Below are positions 50,481 to 63,963 of a stretch of 64,000 bases of DNA, one piece after another. The stretch is from Octopus bimaculoides. Taxonomy: Eukaryota. How positions within the stretch are numbered: the first letter of the stretch is position 1; each line of letters opens with the position of its first letter. Made by a program: the position numbers and the translations under genes. The notes under the pieces were generated by a model. That model ran no database searches. It was not told the origin of the DNA and was given only the letters and a program-made list of their open reading frames with translations. The stretch is taken from positions 33,523,285 to 33,587,284 of the forward strand of contig NC_069001.1 in the NCBI RefSeq assembly GCF_001194135.2, in the 5' to 3' direction.

Positions 50481-50830
50481 GATAATTATCCACTCACAAC
50501 CAAAGAAGACTCATTGATTAAAAAGAAAATGCTAGTGCAGAATTTTATGCCCAAGCAGGATTGCATCGTACTACACATTGTCCGAAAGGAATTTTGTGAG
50601 GTGGAACATATTTGCCCTGCTCCAGGGAAGGAATGGGGTGAGATTCCCCCTACCATTAGAAATTGACGGCTCCCTTTTTGGATTTCGAGGACTTTCCTTG
50701 GGTCTCCGTAACTCGGATCAGTTTATCGGCTAAACTCCACACTCTCAGGCCCTGTTAACAGACATCGCAATGTTACTGGCACAATCCAGAAATAAAGGCA
50801 TGTAGGAACATCTTGATGTTGAAGTCGTGC
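50481..50830 (+). mobile_element. Possible very degraded Ty3/Gypsy RT remnant
   Basis: DNYPL..ED (cf. DRYPIP..D), LFGFRGLSLGLRNSDQ (cf. LFEFxRMxFGLRNAxQ) and EHL. The spacing is imperfect and there is no intact YxDD. Confidence 0.28.
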
Positions 50831-51659
50831 TGAAGATTTCGAATGATTTTTTTCTATTGGGTTTGTAGTAACCCTCCTCACTTAGCTAAACTTGCAGTAA
50901 TAGCAGTTTAATGTTGTCAACCCGACCATAAAACAGGCGGCATTGGATTGCAAGTTACCAGTAACGCTCACATGTGACCTGTCATACATACATACATACA
51001 TACATACATACATACATACATACATGCATGCATGGATGCATACGTACATCGTCACAAGTATAGTGATGTACTTAATATAATTTATTTAAAAAAAATTAGG
51101 TCACTCATGCATTTTCTCCATTATTGAAAAAGTTGTATAGTGAATGGCCACCAGAAATCTATTTCGAATTAATATTTTCCTATGAGATAAAGAAACATAG
51201 TTATTGAATAGGATAATGAGTTTCACATTTATTTGACATTTTCAAAGAAAAAAACAAAATGATTTAAACGAAATAACAATTATAAGAATTATTGCAGATC
51301 ACTCTTTAAAAGTATTAAGGAAAAAACTTTAAACACGCACACACACACACACACACAACACACACACTCACTCACACACACGCACGCACACACACACACA
51401 CACACAAAACATGCACAAACCACACACACACACACTCACACGCATGCACGTACACACACACACCACACGTACTCACACACACCACACGTACACAAACACA
51501 TATATAGATAGATAGAAACGCACATACATATACACGTACATACAATACAATATATACATACAAACAAACAAACATACATACATACATACATACATACATA
51601 CATACATACATACATACATACATACATACATGCATGCATACATGCATGCATACATACAT

Positions 51660-51854
51660 GGTTGCCTCAAGGCTCCTTTTCATCTCATGCATATTCATTG
51701 CATAAAGTTTTAAGTCATCTCCAAAGAAGCAGTGTGTAATTTTGGTATTTCTGTTTCCTTGTGAATCAGTGAGATATCCTGCAGACTTCCTTAACATGAA
51801 TGACAAGGAGTTTGCAGAAAGTATAAACAACATCACAGAGAGGCTGTCTCCTTG
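51660..51854 (-). mobile_element. Inverted RT segment of an R4/Dong-like RLE LINE
   Basis: Minus strand: QGDSLSVMLFILSANSLSFMLRK..GY..ITHCFFGDDLKLYA, corresponding to RT motifs QGDxLS and F/Y-x-DDLKLY. Confidence 0.88.
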
Positions 51855-52455
51855 TCATCACGGTATTATCTACCGATGAGACATGACGTTGAAGCTAGGA
51901 CACTCTATAAAGAAATCCGTCGGAAGGATAATCCCGAGGACAAAGAAATAAGAACCCACAATATGGTAGAAGCCATAGCCACTCATAATAAAAAGGCATA
52001 CTGGTGGATTGTCCCAGTGAAGACCTCAATAAAATGTAAGCACAACAGATCTGATATGAGTTGGGATAGAGAAGAGAAACTGTGCACAGTTGTGGAAATT
52101 AGCTGCCCAGCGGATGTTGACATAAAGTGGAAGATCAGTGAAAAAGAGAATATCTACGCTGAACTATTGAGAAATCTGCAGTACTCTATCCTGATTACAA
52201 GTTCAGGTTTCTACCTGTAATTATTGGGGTCCTGGGATATGTAACACACTGCCTAGATACCAATCAAAACTAGAAAGGAGAAAGCTAATTCGAAGAATAC
52301 AGATCTAATCCATCACTGGAACTGTAAAAATCTGTAAAACTTTCCAAAAGTTTATCATCTAAATATATATGACCATGTCTAGATATGCAACTATATGCAT
52401 GAGAATACATACATAAAACAAAACATTCAAATCTGCACATATACATACACACACA

Positions 52456-52487
<32 letters not shown>

Positions 52488-52590
52488 AAAATACCCTATT
52501 GCTGATGGTTAAATTCCAATGTAGGAGCCTAAGTTAGAAACTGGCTCTTTCTCTATTGACAAGAAACTTTGAAATAAAACTGAACAGTGA
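51853..52590 (+). mobile_element. 3' end of R4/Dong-like RLE LINE (restriction-like endonuclease and 3' UTR), pseudogenised
   Basis: RYYLPMRHDV..HNRSD..VVEISCPAD..EKENIY, frameshift, YPDYKFRFLPVIIGVLG..SITGTVKICKTF; stop at 52360-52362. The UTR contains (TACA)n and an AATAAA at 52573; the exact 3' boundary is uncertain. Confidence 0.85.
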
Positions 52591-53434
52591 CATACATATT
52601 TATTTATAGTGTTATCCATAGAGTCCAGTCACTGACCAAGCATAAAAAGGATTTAAACTATGTCCGTTGTTTTCACCAACTGGCTTAATAGACCGGATCA
52701 GGTTCAATTTGTGTTGCTTGTATGGCCTTGTTGGTTGAGTTTAGGTTTTACACACTCCTTAAGAGAGAATTTTGTCGCGTAATTTCAGTTTTTTTCTTAA
52801 CTATTTATATTACATATGTAGCGAGCATTAATTACTCAATGGGAATGCAATATTTTTATGTACTTGATGAAAGCTACCCAGAAATATTTAAACTATTCGA
52901 TGGATAATCGTATAGAACAATTTTCTGCTAATAATTTCTTGCAATTTCCTGCTAATAATACAGCTTTTTGGTGTTGTTGTTTAAACCAAATTTCACTTTC
53001 ATCGAGCAGGAATATGATGAAAGGTATTCTAGTCGCGACCATCTCATCGTTTTCCCATGTGTGAGGAACACAGGAATCCACCTTTCTGCTTGTCGTGTCC
53101 ACAAAGGGGTGGTGAAAGGGTTAGTAGGATCACGATGAGATTTCTTTCATTTTAGCCTCCTCGTGTAACCGTTTGCGAGTGAGAGAGAGAGAGGGGGAGA
53201 GGGAGAAAAGAAGTGGGGTTCGTAGCTACTTTATACAAACTGGAGAAATAGAACTCAGTTCATAAAATAGAGTATATTACTTTATTCGTAACTTAGACGT
53301 ACATCAATGATTCAAGATCCTAAAGTTTTGTGCAGAAGTACCTGTTAAAATGGATTGTTTGGTAAGTACTTCGGTGCAGAACCCGAAACCCTTTGCGTCA
53401 CGGGTATAGTTCTTTGACTGTCAACGAAATGATA

Positions 53435-53698
53435 ACGGTTTCTGATTTAGGCACAAAGCCAGTAGTCATTGAGCGGAGTGAGTTAGTCGATGCTATCGAC
53501 CACTGCATTTACCTTCTACTTTATTTTATCGATCTCGAAAGGATTAAAAGTTAGGTTGATCTTGGCGGAAATCGAATTCAGAATGTAAAGAGGCAGAAAA
53601 AGAAATCGCAATGCATTTTTTTTCCATCGCTCTAATGGGTGTGTCAATCCACCTTCCTTACAACAACAATAATAATGGTTTCAAATTTTGCCACAAGG
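53435..53698 (-). mobile_element. Degenerate SINE-A copy plus the tail of a second copy running into the gap
   Basis: TTATTTTATCGATCTCGAAAGGATT..GGCGGAAATCGAATTCAGAA; then AATAATGGTTTCAAATTTTGCCACAAGG before the N run. Confidence 0.68.
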
Positions 53699-55100
53699 NN
53701 NNNNNNNNNNNNNNNNNNNNNNNNNNNNNNNNNNNNNNNNNNNNNNNNNNNNNNNNNNNNNNNNNNNNNNNNNNNNNNNNNNNNNNNNNNNNNNNNNNNN
53801 NNNNNNNNNNNNNNNNNNNNNNNNNNNNNNNNNNNNNNNNNNNNNNNNNNNNNNNNNNNNNNNNNNNNNNNNNNNNNNNNNNNNNNNNNNNNNNNNNNNN
53901 NNNNNNNNNNNNNNNNNNNNNNNNNNNNNNNNNNNNNNNNNNNNNNNNNNNNNNNNNNNNNNNNNNNNNNNNNNNNNNNNNNNNNNNNNNNNNNNNNNNN
54001 NNNNNNNNNNNNNNNNNNNNNNNNNNNNNNNNNNNNNNNNNNNNNNNNNNNNNNNNNNNNNNNNNNNNNNNNNNNNNNNNNNNNNNNNNNNNNNNNNNNN
54101 NNNNNNNNNNNNNNNNNNNNNNNNNNNNNNNNNNNNNNNNNCGCACACGCGCACGCACACGCACGCACACGCACACGCGCACGCACACGCACGCACACAC
54201 AGTATCGAAAATAAATATATTCGTGTCTATTCTCATTTTTGCCTTGTCTGCGCCGGTCTGTTTGTCTTTCTTTCTCCCCCCCCCGTGTGTGCATGTATGT
54301 ACGTGTTCAACAATATATTGTCCTTATGGGCACATGTGCATACGCATGTTAGCGTGTGTTCATAGATGCATGGCCGTCCGCCCGCGCGCGCACACACGCA
54401 TACGTAGCACGTAACATAAATGTGTATGCGCACGCTCATTTATATAGAGTTTGGCTCTTTATTAAAGAATCTCTCAGTTGGTCAATATTGAATGTTTACG
54501 ACTGGAATGTGCCTATGTGTGAATATGCCCTTCCGTTGCCCGTTTGTTGCTGTGTGTATGAATATGCAGCTGGATGCATACTGCTATGTGGCACGTTGTT
54601 GCTACTGCACTTCGGTAAATAACACACTGTAAGAATCGTAGCAATCACCGAGAGCAGACAACCAGCTAGTGAGCCGGCGGCATTCTTTGACTCAGTTTTG
54701 CAATTGATTTGTGTAGTTTTATGCGGGAAGAGGTGGCATATAAATGTGCGTGTGTGTGTGTGTGTGTGTGCATGTGTGCACGTGGTATATGTGTGGAATG
54801 TCTATGTATAATCTGTTTCAATGTTTATATTGTTGAGAGTCTATTTGTCTGTGTATACGTCTCTGTCTGTCTACCTCTCTCACTTCCTCACTCTCTCACT
54901 CGCGAACGTGTGTTTTTAATGAACGAATGTATGTGTGCGCGCGAGTGTGTGTGTGTGTGTGTATGTGTGTCTATGTGAGTATGTGAGTGTGAGAATGTGT
55001 GTGCTTATATATGTATTTGAGTGTGTTTATACACATACACACACTCAAACACATACACATAAACATACAACCCACCCATATATGTATATGTATGAATGTA

Positions 55101-55136
<36 letters not shown>

Positions 55137-55146
55137 NNNNNNNNNN

Positions 55147-55187
<41 letters not shown>

Positions 55188-55255
55188 AGTATGGCTCGTG
55201 TGTTACAATCTTTGCACATCATTCTCTTTCTTTCCCTCTCCCTCATTCTCCAAAA

Positions 55256-55286
<31 letters not shown>

Positions 55287-55786
55287 CGTGTGCCGTCGCG
55301 CGTGCACGATCATATACAAGTATTTCTTCCGCGTGTGTTTGTAAATCTATCAGTCTCCGAAGATTAGAATTGCGTACGCGTGTAGTAATCTCATGTGTTT
55401 GTAGGTTTGCATTTTAGTCGGTGAATATATGTATTATGTATATATAAGCATACATGTATTTGTACATGTACTTGTAACATGTGAGCGTGTATTTATAGGT
55501 ACGTGTGTAGATATTATATGAGTAACTATGTCAACTCTCGCAACAGAATACATAATTTGTTATTTAGTAATTACAGCGGATATTTGTGTAAGTATACATA
55601 CACATACAGATTTACATATGTATATATGTGTGTGTGTGTAGCAGCAACATTACCACAGACAGATATATCTAGATGGCCTTAAGGCTGGAGTAACAATAAC
55701 AAAATAACAAAAATATCGGGTTGTTTATGTCTAAATGTTCCATGTATATTATGAATACAGTTCACGTATGTGTGGATATGCATATT

Positions 55787-55947
55787 CTTTTCTACTCTAG
55801 GCACAAGGCCCGAAATTTTTGAAGATGGGGCCAGTCGATTAGATCGACTCCAGTACGCAACTGGTACTTAATTTATCGAAAGGATGAAAGGCAAAATAGA
55901 TCAAAATCGGCGGAATTTGAACTCAGAACATAAATTCAGACGAAATA
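55787..55947 (-). mobile_element. 5'-truncated SINE-A copy with 16-bp TSD
   Basis: TSD TGTGGATATGCATATT at 55771-55786 and 55948-55963. Tail, core and B-box are present; the A-box head is absent. Confidence 0.9.
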
Positions 55948-56435
55948 TGTGGATATGCATATTAGTCGTCCAGTATTTCTAATTTTATGATTGTATAGTC
56001 GTATGCATGTGCGTGTGATTGTGTGTTGTGTAGGGGTGGGGTGTGTGGCTAAATGGGGTAGGGGTTCTTGTGCGCGCGCTCGTGTTCGTGTCAGCACGTG
56101 CATATGTATATATATGGTTGTATGACTGTGTGTTCAGTCACGACCAATAACAGATACAGTGGATAAAATTATGGAAGAAATCGTGTCGTGCCATTTAGTG
56201 TTTACGTTTATGCATGTAGATATGTTAGTATGTTACCATATATCTGTGTGTATACGTTCATTTGTAAGTATGTGTGTGTATGCATGCATACATGTATGCA
56301 CGTGTGAATATATGTGCTTATTTACGTTTCCTTTCGTGGGCGTGCAGCAACAACGACGATAACAAACAAAAAGTTTTTTAAGCAGTAACGGTAGCAGTAG
56401 GCATTTATATCATAAATACATAATGGATATGAGAG

Positions 56436-56473
<38 letters not shown>

Positions 56474-56477
56474 TGTG

Positions 56478-56760
56478 TGAGGGTCCATGGCCTAGTGGTT
56501 CGGGTGTTTGCACTCACGATCTAGCGATCGTGATTTCAATTCCTAGACCGGGTGGGGCGTTGTGTTCTTGAGCAAAACAATCTCGCGTTGCTCTGGGATC
56601 ACTTCGACACCTGACGCGTGGTACATACTGCACCTGTTCAAGCAACCTTGATTTGATGGAGAGAGTGAGGTAATGTGCGACACGTGCATTTGATCACTAT
56701 AAACAAATCATTTGTGCAGTTCGATCGGCAGAAGCTGAATATTCACACGTGATGTTCAGA
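56478..56760 (+). mobile_element. tRNA-headed SINE (distinct family)
   Basis: A-box TGGCCTAGTGG 56488-56498, B-box-like GATTTCAATTCC 56532-56543, then GTGTTCTTGAGCAAAACA typical of SINE tRNA-related regions. No acceptor stem is evident. Confidence 0.65.
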
Positions 56761-57054
56761 AAAGACTAAGCATAATTAACTTCCTATTTAGTCACGGACC
56801 CACACATTTTCATTGATCGTACTTGATCCTGATGCTGAAACTTTTTTTATATCAGTTGTTACCTACACTAAAACAAAGAAATTAATGGGTATTAATAAAG
56901 GAAATGGGGGTACTGCAAAACGTCAATAATATCCAAAAGCCAATGCTTGTTTTCTTTCAACTATTGACAGTTCGAGGATGATAAAGTTGAAAGCATTCGT
57001 CCATTATGACAGGCTGTGAGATCGAACCTGGAACCACGTAGTTGCGAAGTGCAC

Positions 57055-57099
<45 letters not shown>

Positions 57100-57138
57100 G
57101 TATGTATGTATGTATGTATGTATGTATGTATGCAGAGA

Positions 57139-57176
<38 letters not shown>

Positions 57177-57411
57177 AGAGGAGAGAGAAAGGTGTGTGTG
57201 AGTGAGTATTGTATGCCATTGTATGGTTGCGTATGTTTATTAGGCCTGGATTAAACAGTAAACAATATAAGCACGTGCTTAGGGCATCAAGTACGGCATC
57301 TACACAGGTGCCATTGCTAAATTAAGTTTTCCTTTTTAATGGATAAAAATATATTGAAAATTTGTATCCTTTCTGTTGTCCCAGTTATAAGTAGGCTTAT
57401 GCTGCTTACTG

Positions 57412-57540
<129 letters not shown>

Positions 57541-57769
57541 TTGGGATTTGGTCTGGTCTCGATTAAAACTGAAATGGAATGTATTATTCACATTCAACAC
57601 TTTGAATGTGTCTTGTCAGTTGAAGGGGAGAGGAACATCATTGTCAGGTGGTGCTTAAGGCATCAGTTGTCCCTAATCTGGCTCTGATGCTTTTTTTATA
57701 TACTCACATGCACACACATGAGCGCTTACGCACACACAAAAATAAGCACGTGTGCCCAGTACATACATG

Positions 57770-57980
57770 CATACATGCATACATACATACATACATACAT
57801 ACATACATACATACATACATACATACGTACATACATACGTACATACATACATGCATACATACATACATACACATACATACATACATGCATACATACATAC
57901 ATACATACATACATACATACATACATACATACACATACATACATACATGCATACATACATACATACATACATACATGCGT
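57770..57980. repeat. Long imperfect (TACA)n microsatellite
   Basis: Direct reading; one of dozens of (CA)n, (TACA)n, (GA)n and (TA)n tracts across the window. Confidence 0.95.
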
Positions 57981-58044
57981 GCGTGCGTGTATGTGTGCGT
58001 ATATACATATATGAATTAATATATGTATAAGTCTACATGTATGT

Positions 58045-58200
58045 AAGTTTATCCCGTAAACTAGCGGTCCGGCAAACGGCGAGGAAATAATTAGTACCAG
58101 GCTCTAAAAGAAGTACTGGGCTCGATTTGTTCAACTAAATGCTTCAAAGCGGTGCCCCAGCACAGCTGTGGTCCAATGACTGAAACAAGGAAAAGATAAA
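58045..58200 (+). mobile_element. Repeat family B
   Basis: GTTTATCCCGTAAACTAGCGGTCCGGCAAA..AGTACCAGG..AAGTACTGGGCTCGAT..GCGGTGCCCCAGCACAGC..AATGACTGAAACAAG. Confidence 0.72.
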
Positions 58201-59705
58201 ACACAAAATGATGTGTGTGTGGTGTGGTGTTGATGTGTGGTGTGGTGAGGTGTGGTGTGGTGTGGTGTGGTGGTGGTGGTGGTGGTGGTGGTGTGTGTGT
58301 GTGTCCAATAACTTTTCATAAGTCAGAAAAAAACCCCCCAGGAAATGAAGATTACTTGAAAATGCAGAGTTTACCTCAACAGCTGTAGGAGTGCAGACTT
58401 CGTAGAGAACAGGATTATATTAAAGAATTTCCACCACTCAGAGGCTTATCTGAAGTTTAAAAGGGAGATATTTTCCCCTGGTCTACGCGAATGGAAATAT
58501 ATCTTTTTCAATTGTTTGGTTCCATCCTAACAGTAAAGGCTGGTTCTTCCTATTTTAATAGAATTTATTTCCCTCACATCTAGCACATACGCACTCAAAC
58601 ATATACACGAGCACATATAACCGCTAAAATCCGCTCCTCTACCTCTCTACCTCTCGTACTTCTCCCTCACTTCACCTCACCCCTACATCCTCTTCGTCCC
58701 AGAATCACTTATACAAAGTACTAAGGTGGACAATTACCACTTGAATGCTTAGGTGCAGGTCAAGAGCTAAAGCTGACCGATGTGAGCGACTTAAGTCTGG
58801 ACTTAAGAATTAGTTATTTTTTGTACTGAATTTTCACTGCATTTTTCACCCATAGGTTTCGTTACGTTTTTTAAAAATAAACATCTCCGAGAGCCACAAA
58901 CAAAATGTGATGGTTTCAGGCCTCAGGTAATGAAGAACCCATGCCAAATTCTTCTATTCAGCCATATCTGATGATTGTTGATTTATCTTTCCACACTTGG
59001 AAGATTCTTCAACATGAAGCCATTCGGTAACATGAATTGGTTTTGAATTTTATTTCATATTGTGTGTGTGTGTGTGTTTGTGTGTGCCTGTGTTTGTATT
59101 TGTATGTTTGTGTGTTGTGTATGTGTTTGTGCATGCAATAATGTGTACATTTGTGTCTGTAATTGTAGTTGTATATGTATATGTGTGTACGATTTTCCAT
59201 TCTACTTTTTGCTTAATAAATCTTTGTACTTTTATTACTTTACTTACTTTCTATCTACTCCCCGAACTAATATTTATATGCATTGAGCTATGCCCCTTGA
59301 AGTATTTTTAACATTGCATGTCATACTGGAAGTTTTTGGATATATTTATATATGTCATTTTTCTAGAGAGCAATTTTATTTAGCGTCCAAAAATTGCTTA
59401 GATTTTAACTGGGAATAAAACTCGATGTAACGATGTATTATCCTAAATAGACTACATCATATTGTATACTTGTGTACGTACATGTGCACGCACGTTTGTG
59501 TATGTGCATATTTATACGTCCGAGTGTATATGTGTGTGTATATACATGTATGTTTTGTTGCTCTTTTATATACTTGAGTGTGCATGGGTTTGAAGGAATG
59601 CCAACATATTTGTTTTCATTTGCAATAGTTTGTGTGAAGTCTGTTTCAGTGCCATTCTTGTTGTAATCTAAACGTCTGAATATGCATGCATACCTGTATG
59701 TATGC

Positions 59706-59737
<32 letters not shown>

Positions 59738-60173
59738 AAACATATATACGTATATAAAGAAAAATAGCATAATAACGATTGCTTTATTGAGGGGAAGTTG
59801 GAATGTGTGCATGTATTTGAATATGTACATACTTTTGTATGTATTTTTACTGTAGAGGTGGCAACTGTTCACACCTGTAGGCCGAATGCCGCAAAAAAAT
59901 GGAAATATGTGAATTACCCTTTTAAATGCATCTATCTATATTTTTCATCAAATCAATGAATGATGCATTGTAGGAAACCATTTTTGTGTAGCGAAAGATG
60001 TTAATTAGTAATAAAAGAACTCAATTTAGTTGCAATTTATTTCAGTTATAGAATTTTTCGAATCTATTAAAAAGACACAAAGAATCTTTAAAGTATAAAA
60101 GGTATGAACATAAAGTATTGTAAATTAAGTATAATAAAAGTGAAAATTAATTTTAGTGCAAACAATCGATTAA

Positions 60174-61736
60174 TCAGTATGTAACTTGATGATTTTCTTT
60201 GCTTGGTAGCTTCTCAGTGCTGGGTGTCAGACTTGCTGATGCCAGTAGCAAGACATCATCCACGTGGGTATCAATGAGTTTTGTTATTATAGAGTGCTTC
60301 GTCTATAAAAATAATTACTCATACTAATAACTACTGCCAAACAATAATGAAATATTTTTGCATGAATATCTAATTTAGAATACTTCCCATTTAGATTATT
60401 AAATTTTCTATAGCAGTTAAGCACTAACACATCTTCAGAATGAAACTTTGATATCAATATGTTGTTACATTGCACCTCAGTCAATTTCACTTGATAATTT
60501 TCTGATACCAAGTCTACTTCTTGGAGATGTTTTTTTTTTTCTTTTGAAGCTGGTATTCCTCTCAAAATGCAGCTTTCCTTAAATACCACATTATGGCCAT
60601 GCAACTCGTGTACCGGATAATTTTTCTTGAGGTTGTTAATTCAGTTATTTAAATGAGATGTAATGTTCACAAGGAATACAAAGTTGCAAGTCAGCCAGGA
60701 TCACAAAAATGCAAAGTATCCACATAACTGCAATGTACCCGGACCGCACATGTTACACAAGTACTCAACAAAGCTAGCATACATTGCAAAAATAAGCCGA
60801 ATCCCCATTTTGCAGCTCAATGACCAGCAAAACTTGCTGAAACTACCGAGATTGGATCAGATTCGGTACCTTCACCATAAAATGCATAATATTCCTTAAT
60901 TTCAAAACTTTGTTACATAATGCCCGTTGATTGATAAACGTGACTTATTTAAACCTGTTCCTGTGTGATCTGAAGACTTTTCGTTCGTTCTTGTAGCCAT
61001 GCGTCGATGGTTTTCTTCTGTTCCACTATTGTACTCATATGATTTAGATTCTGTACATCAAATTGTATTTCTGTTATCATGTTCAACAAAATTTACAAAT
61101 ATCTCTTTCAGTAATCGTATCATTCATAGGAATTAATTGAATAAACTCTTCAAATGTTTGAAACTATAAGGTCAATCCCAGTACAAATCTTACAAGTTGA
61201 GCAATAATGTCTCTCAACTCTGCACTCTCATCAAACGCGCATTTGAAAAAGAAAAAAACGGCAGTTCTATACAAGTAACCCACGAACAAATTTTAGCATC
61301 TCACATTTTAAAAAATTCATTGTATGATAGTCCTCATAGACAGGTTAACTACAAATAAACATTTCTTTTCAAGCAAAGACAGATAATATCCATCGCTGCC
61401 AATAAATATTCTGTGATAAACTCTCCTTTGGTGCAAAGTTTCATTAGTTTTGCAGCACGTTTAAGACCTTGTAGTTGACATGAATATTTCTTTCTTTCCA
61501 CGGCTCTCCCTAGCAAAAGGTGATATCAGTTTTAGGAAACTAACCTTCTGTCGTTCTATTAAAACGTTTCTTGCTTGCGGGTCACGAAATGTTTGTTGCC
61601 TGATATTCGTCACCTTCAGAGTAATTTTTTCTATGCAAATTAAACAAACTAGTTTCTCAGTGTTTAATGAAGAACAAGTATCTTGAAAATTTCGGTATTT
61701 GGCATTTAACTTCCTGTATTATAAATTCATTGCCAT
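60174..61736 (-). pseudogene. hAT transposase pseudogene, Charlie/SPIN (GTF2IRD2-like) type
   Basis: Minus strand, several frames: RKLNAKYRNF..LVCLIC (BED-like), AFDES (first catalytic D, about 61230), ALCNKVLKL, FLVNITSHLN, EVQC..KF, HAK..LFGSSY, HVDDVLLLAS..PSTEKL..HQVTY-stop. Many stops and frameshifts. TIR-like TAGAGGTGGCAACT at 59853-59866. Confidence 0.88.
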
Positions 61737-62147
61737 GGGAATGTTTTCCTTCTATTTTATTTCGAAATTCGAGTTATTCAACAAATATCGGAGCATGTTA
61801 ATTTCTCTCATCCATCTGATATCTCTGTAATTTCAAGAGATATGATAAATCGCTGATACACCACTAGTGCATGATCTGTCCCCTGAATGCCTTTTAAACC
61901 ACCAAATTCGAGGGTGCATTACTAGACAGCATAGCAAAGGAGTTAATTAGTCCTAAATATTCTTTGCAAATCACTTGCATATCATATTGGGGAATTTTGT
62001 TAACACAAAATTGCTAGCAAAGTACCTTACTAGAATGAATAATAATTTCTTCTTCAGGCAGATTATTTAGTGTTTCTATTTTTGTCGACAAATTTTAACA
62101 ACCTTACTTGAAAACATGTGCTCACTCATAGATTATCTGCTTCCTAT

Positions 62148-62256
<109 letters not shown>

Positions 62257-62754
62257 GCATAAGTAGTTTTCTAGTGTATATGAAGAAATTACGTTTTTAG
62301 TCTTTTAGCTTGTTTTAGCTGTCATGGCAAATGTCATGCTGGTGTACCACCTGCATGTGAATGTATGTGTGGTTTGTAACCTCTACACGTGTGCCTTCCC
62401 GCGAATGATGATGATGTTGTGAATGAGTTCCATATCAACTTTCATCGATCTGATCTATGGTCAAAGCATTCTAACCACGAACATCGTACATTTTTAAATA
62501 TCTAGGACTACATTGTGCAATGTACCTTTCCTTTAAGACTGTAAGGTATGATCTGAATAAAACTTGACTACTGTGTCTCTGGAGGTTTTGCTACTGCGCA
62601 GAGGTTTCTCCTGGGGTTGTGTCTCTATGTGCGTGCTGTATATGTATTTTGCTTTACTGTGTAATGTATATTTTGCAGTCGTGTCTATATGTGAAGCAAA
62701 TACATTTATAGGTGGTCCACCTGTGTATAGAGCGAACGTAGATATGCGCAGTGT

Positions 62755-63095
62755 AAATATAGGCATGGCAAAAATGGTTCAGAAAATCGCATCGCTATCA
62801 TGAGGTTCCAGATTCGATCCCAATGCATGGCATCTTGAGCAAGTGTGTTACCATGTTCTCATAAGTGAAATTGGATACATGGAAACCGTTTAGAAGCCCA
62901 TTAAGTGGTTCATACTTGTACTTCAAACGTCCATCCTAGTTACGCACAGTGTTACGCTGATTTTTTTTTCTGAGAATTACGTTAAGGATACAGCTGTCTG
63001 CGGAATATTCAACCACTTGCCATCTATTTCAATCAGTAGTCAATTCCAGTCATCGAAAATTTGGAATATTCATCGTCGAAACCGATAGAAATCCA
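62755..63095 (+). mobile_element. Degenerate tRNA-headed SINE (family D-like head, family E body)
   Basis: GATTCGATCCC B-box, GGCATCTTGAGCAAGTG, then a body shared with 11510-11690. Confidence 0.58.
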
Positions 63096-63845
63096 TTGAG
63101 ATGTATATTTATTTATAGTTGTGTCTAACGTGTGTGGTGCAAATGTGTGTGGTTGTAGCTGCATCTGTATGCGTATGAAGTGCACATGTATGCACATAAT
63201 AATAGGTATGGGTTTATTTACTCATATTTACACGTGTGTTGTATTCACCTAGTGTGTGTGGGTTTTTATGTATCAATAAAATGTGTAGTGAAGACGCATG
63301 GTTGACTGTGGAACTTACAAGGATATCTGTACCTATATGTGTGTGTGTTGCGTATGCATGCTTGTATGCTTTGTGTACGTAAAATATGTGATTGTCTATG
63401 ACTATGTAGCTCTTGTATTCATGTGCATCGAAGCAGAAATGTGTGTGCATATGTAAATGGGAGTGTATCAGCATTTAATTTTTTTCGTATTTGTATACAG
63501 TTTTTGGCATGCGTATGTTTGGGAGTGTGTTAGAATACATCGTTTATGTGAGTGTGCACATGTGCGCCTGTGTGCATGTGTGTACGTAGGCACGTGTGTA
63601 CACACATGTGTGAGGCTATAACAAGTGTCTATGAGTGTGTGATTGCGTGTATTTAGGTTTTGCATCTATGTATGCAAACGCGGATATATGTGTTCTCATG
63701 TATTCGTACGTTTGTCTATATCTATAGGCATTAGAACTAAGAGAGTATGCGCATGAGTTGTTTTTATTTTTTGTAGTTATGTATGCATGTATGCATGTAT
63801 GCATGTATGTATGTATGTATGTATGCGTGAGTGTGTGCGCACGCA

Positions 63846-63881
<36 letters not shown>

Positions 63882-63963
63882 TACATACTTTCTGTGCATA
63901 TGCACAAACATAAACAGGCATACATTACATATAGCATGCATTCACGGCGGCGGTGGTATGTGT

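Noticed and set aside
6645-54414. Long ORFs full of X (for example 9467-10888, 31643-32725, 35186-36235, 53611-54414)
   Set aside because: They are open only because they cross N-gaps. Only the mariner part of 9467-10052 is real.
56478-56560. tRNA gene (also heads at 2337, 11798, 38400 and 62760)
   Set aside because: A/B boxes are present, but I could not build a cloverleaf or acceptor stem, and each continues into a repeat body. These are SINE heads.
62371-62387. Possible second TIR of the hAT relic (GGTTTGTAACCTCTACA)
   Set aside because: Only about 9 bp match the 59853 end, the flanks share no 8-bp TSD, and it lies in TG-rich low-complexity sequence.
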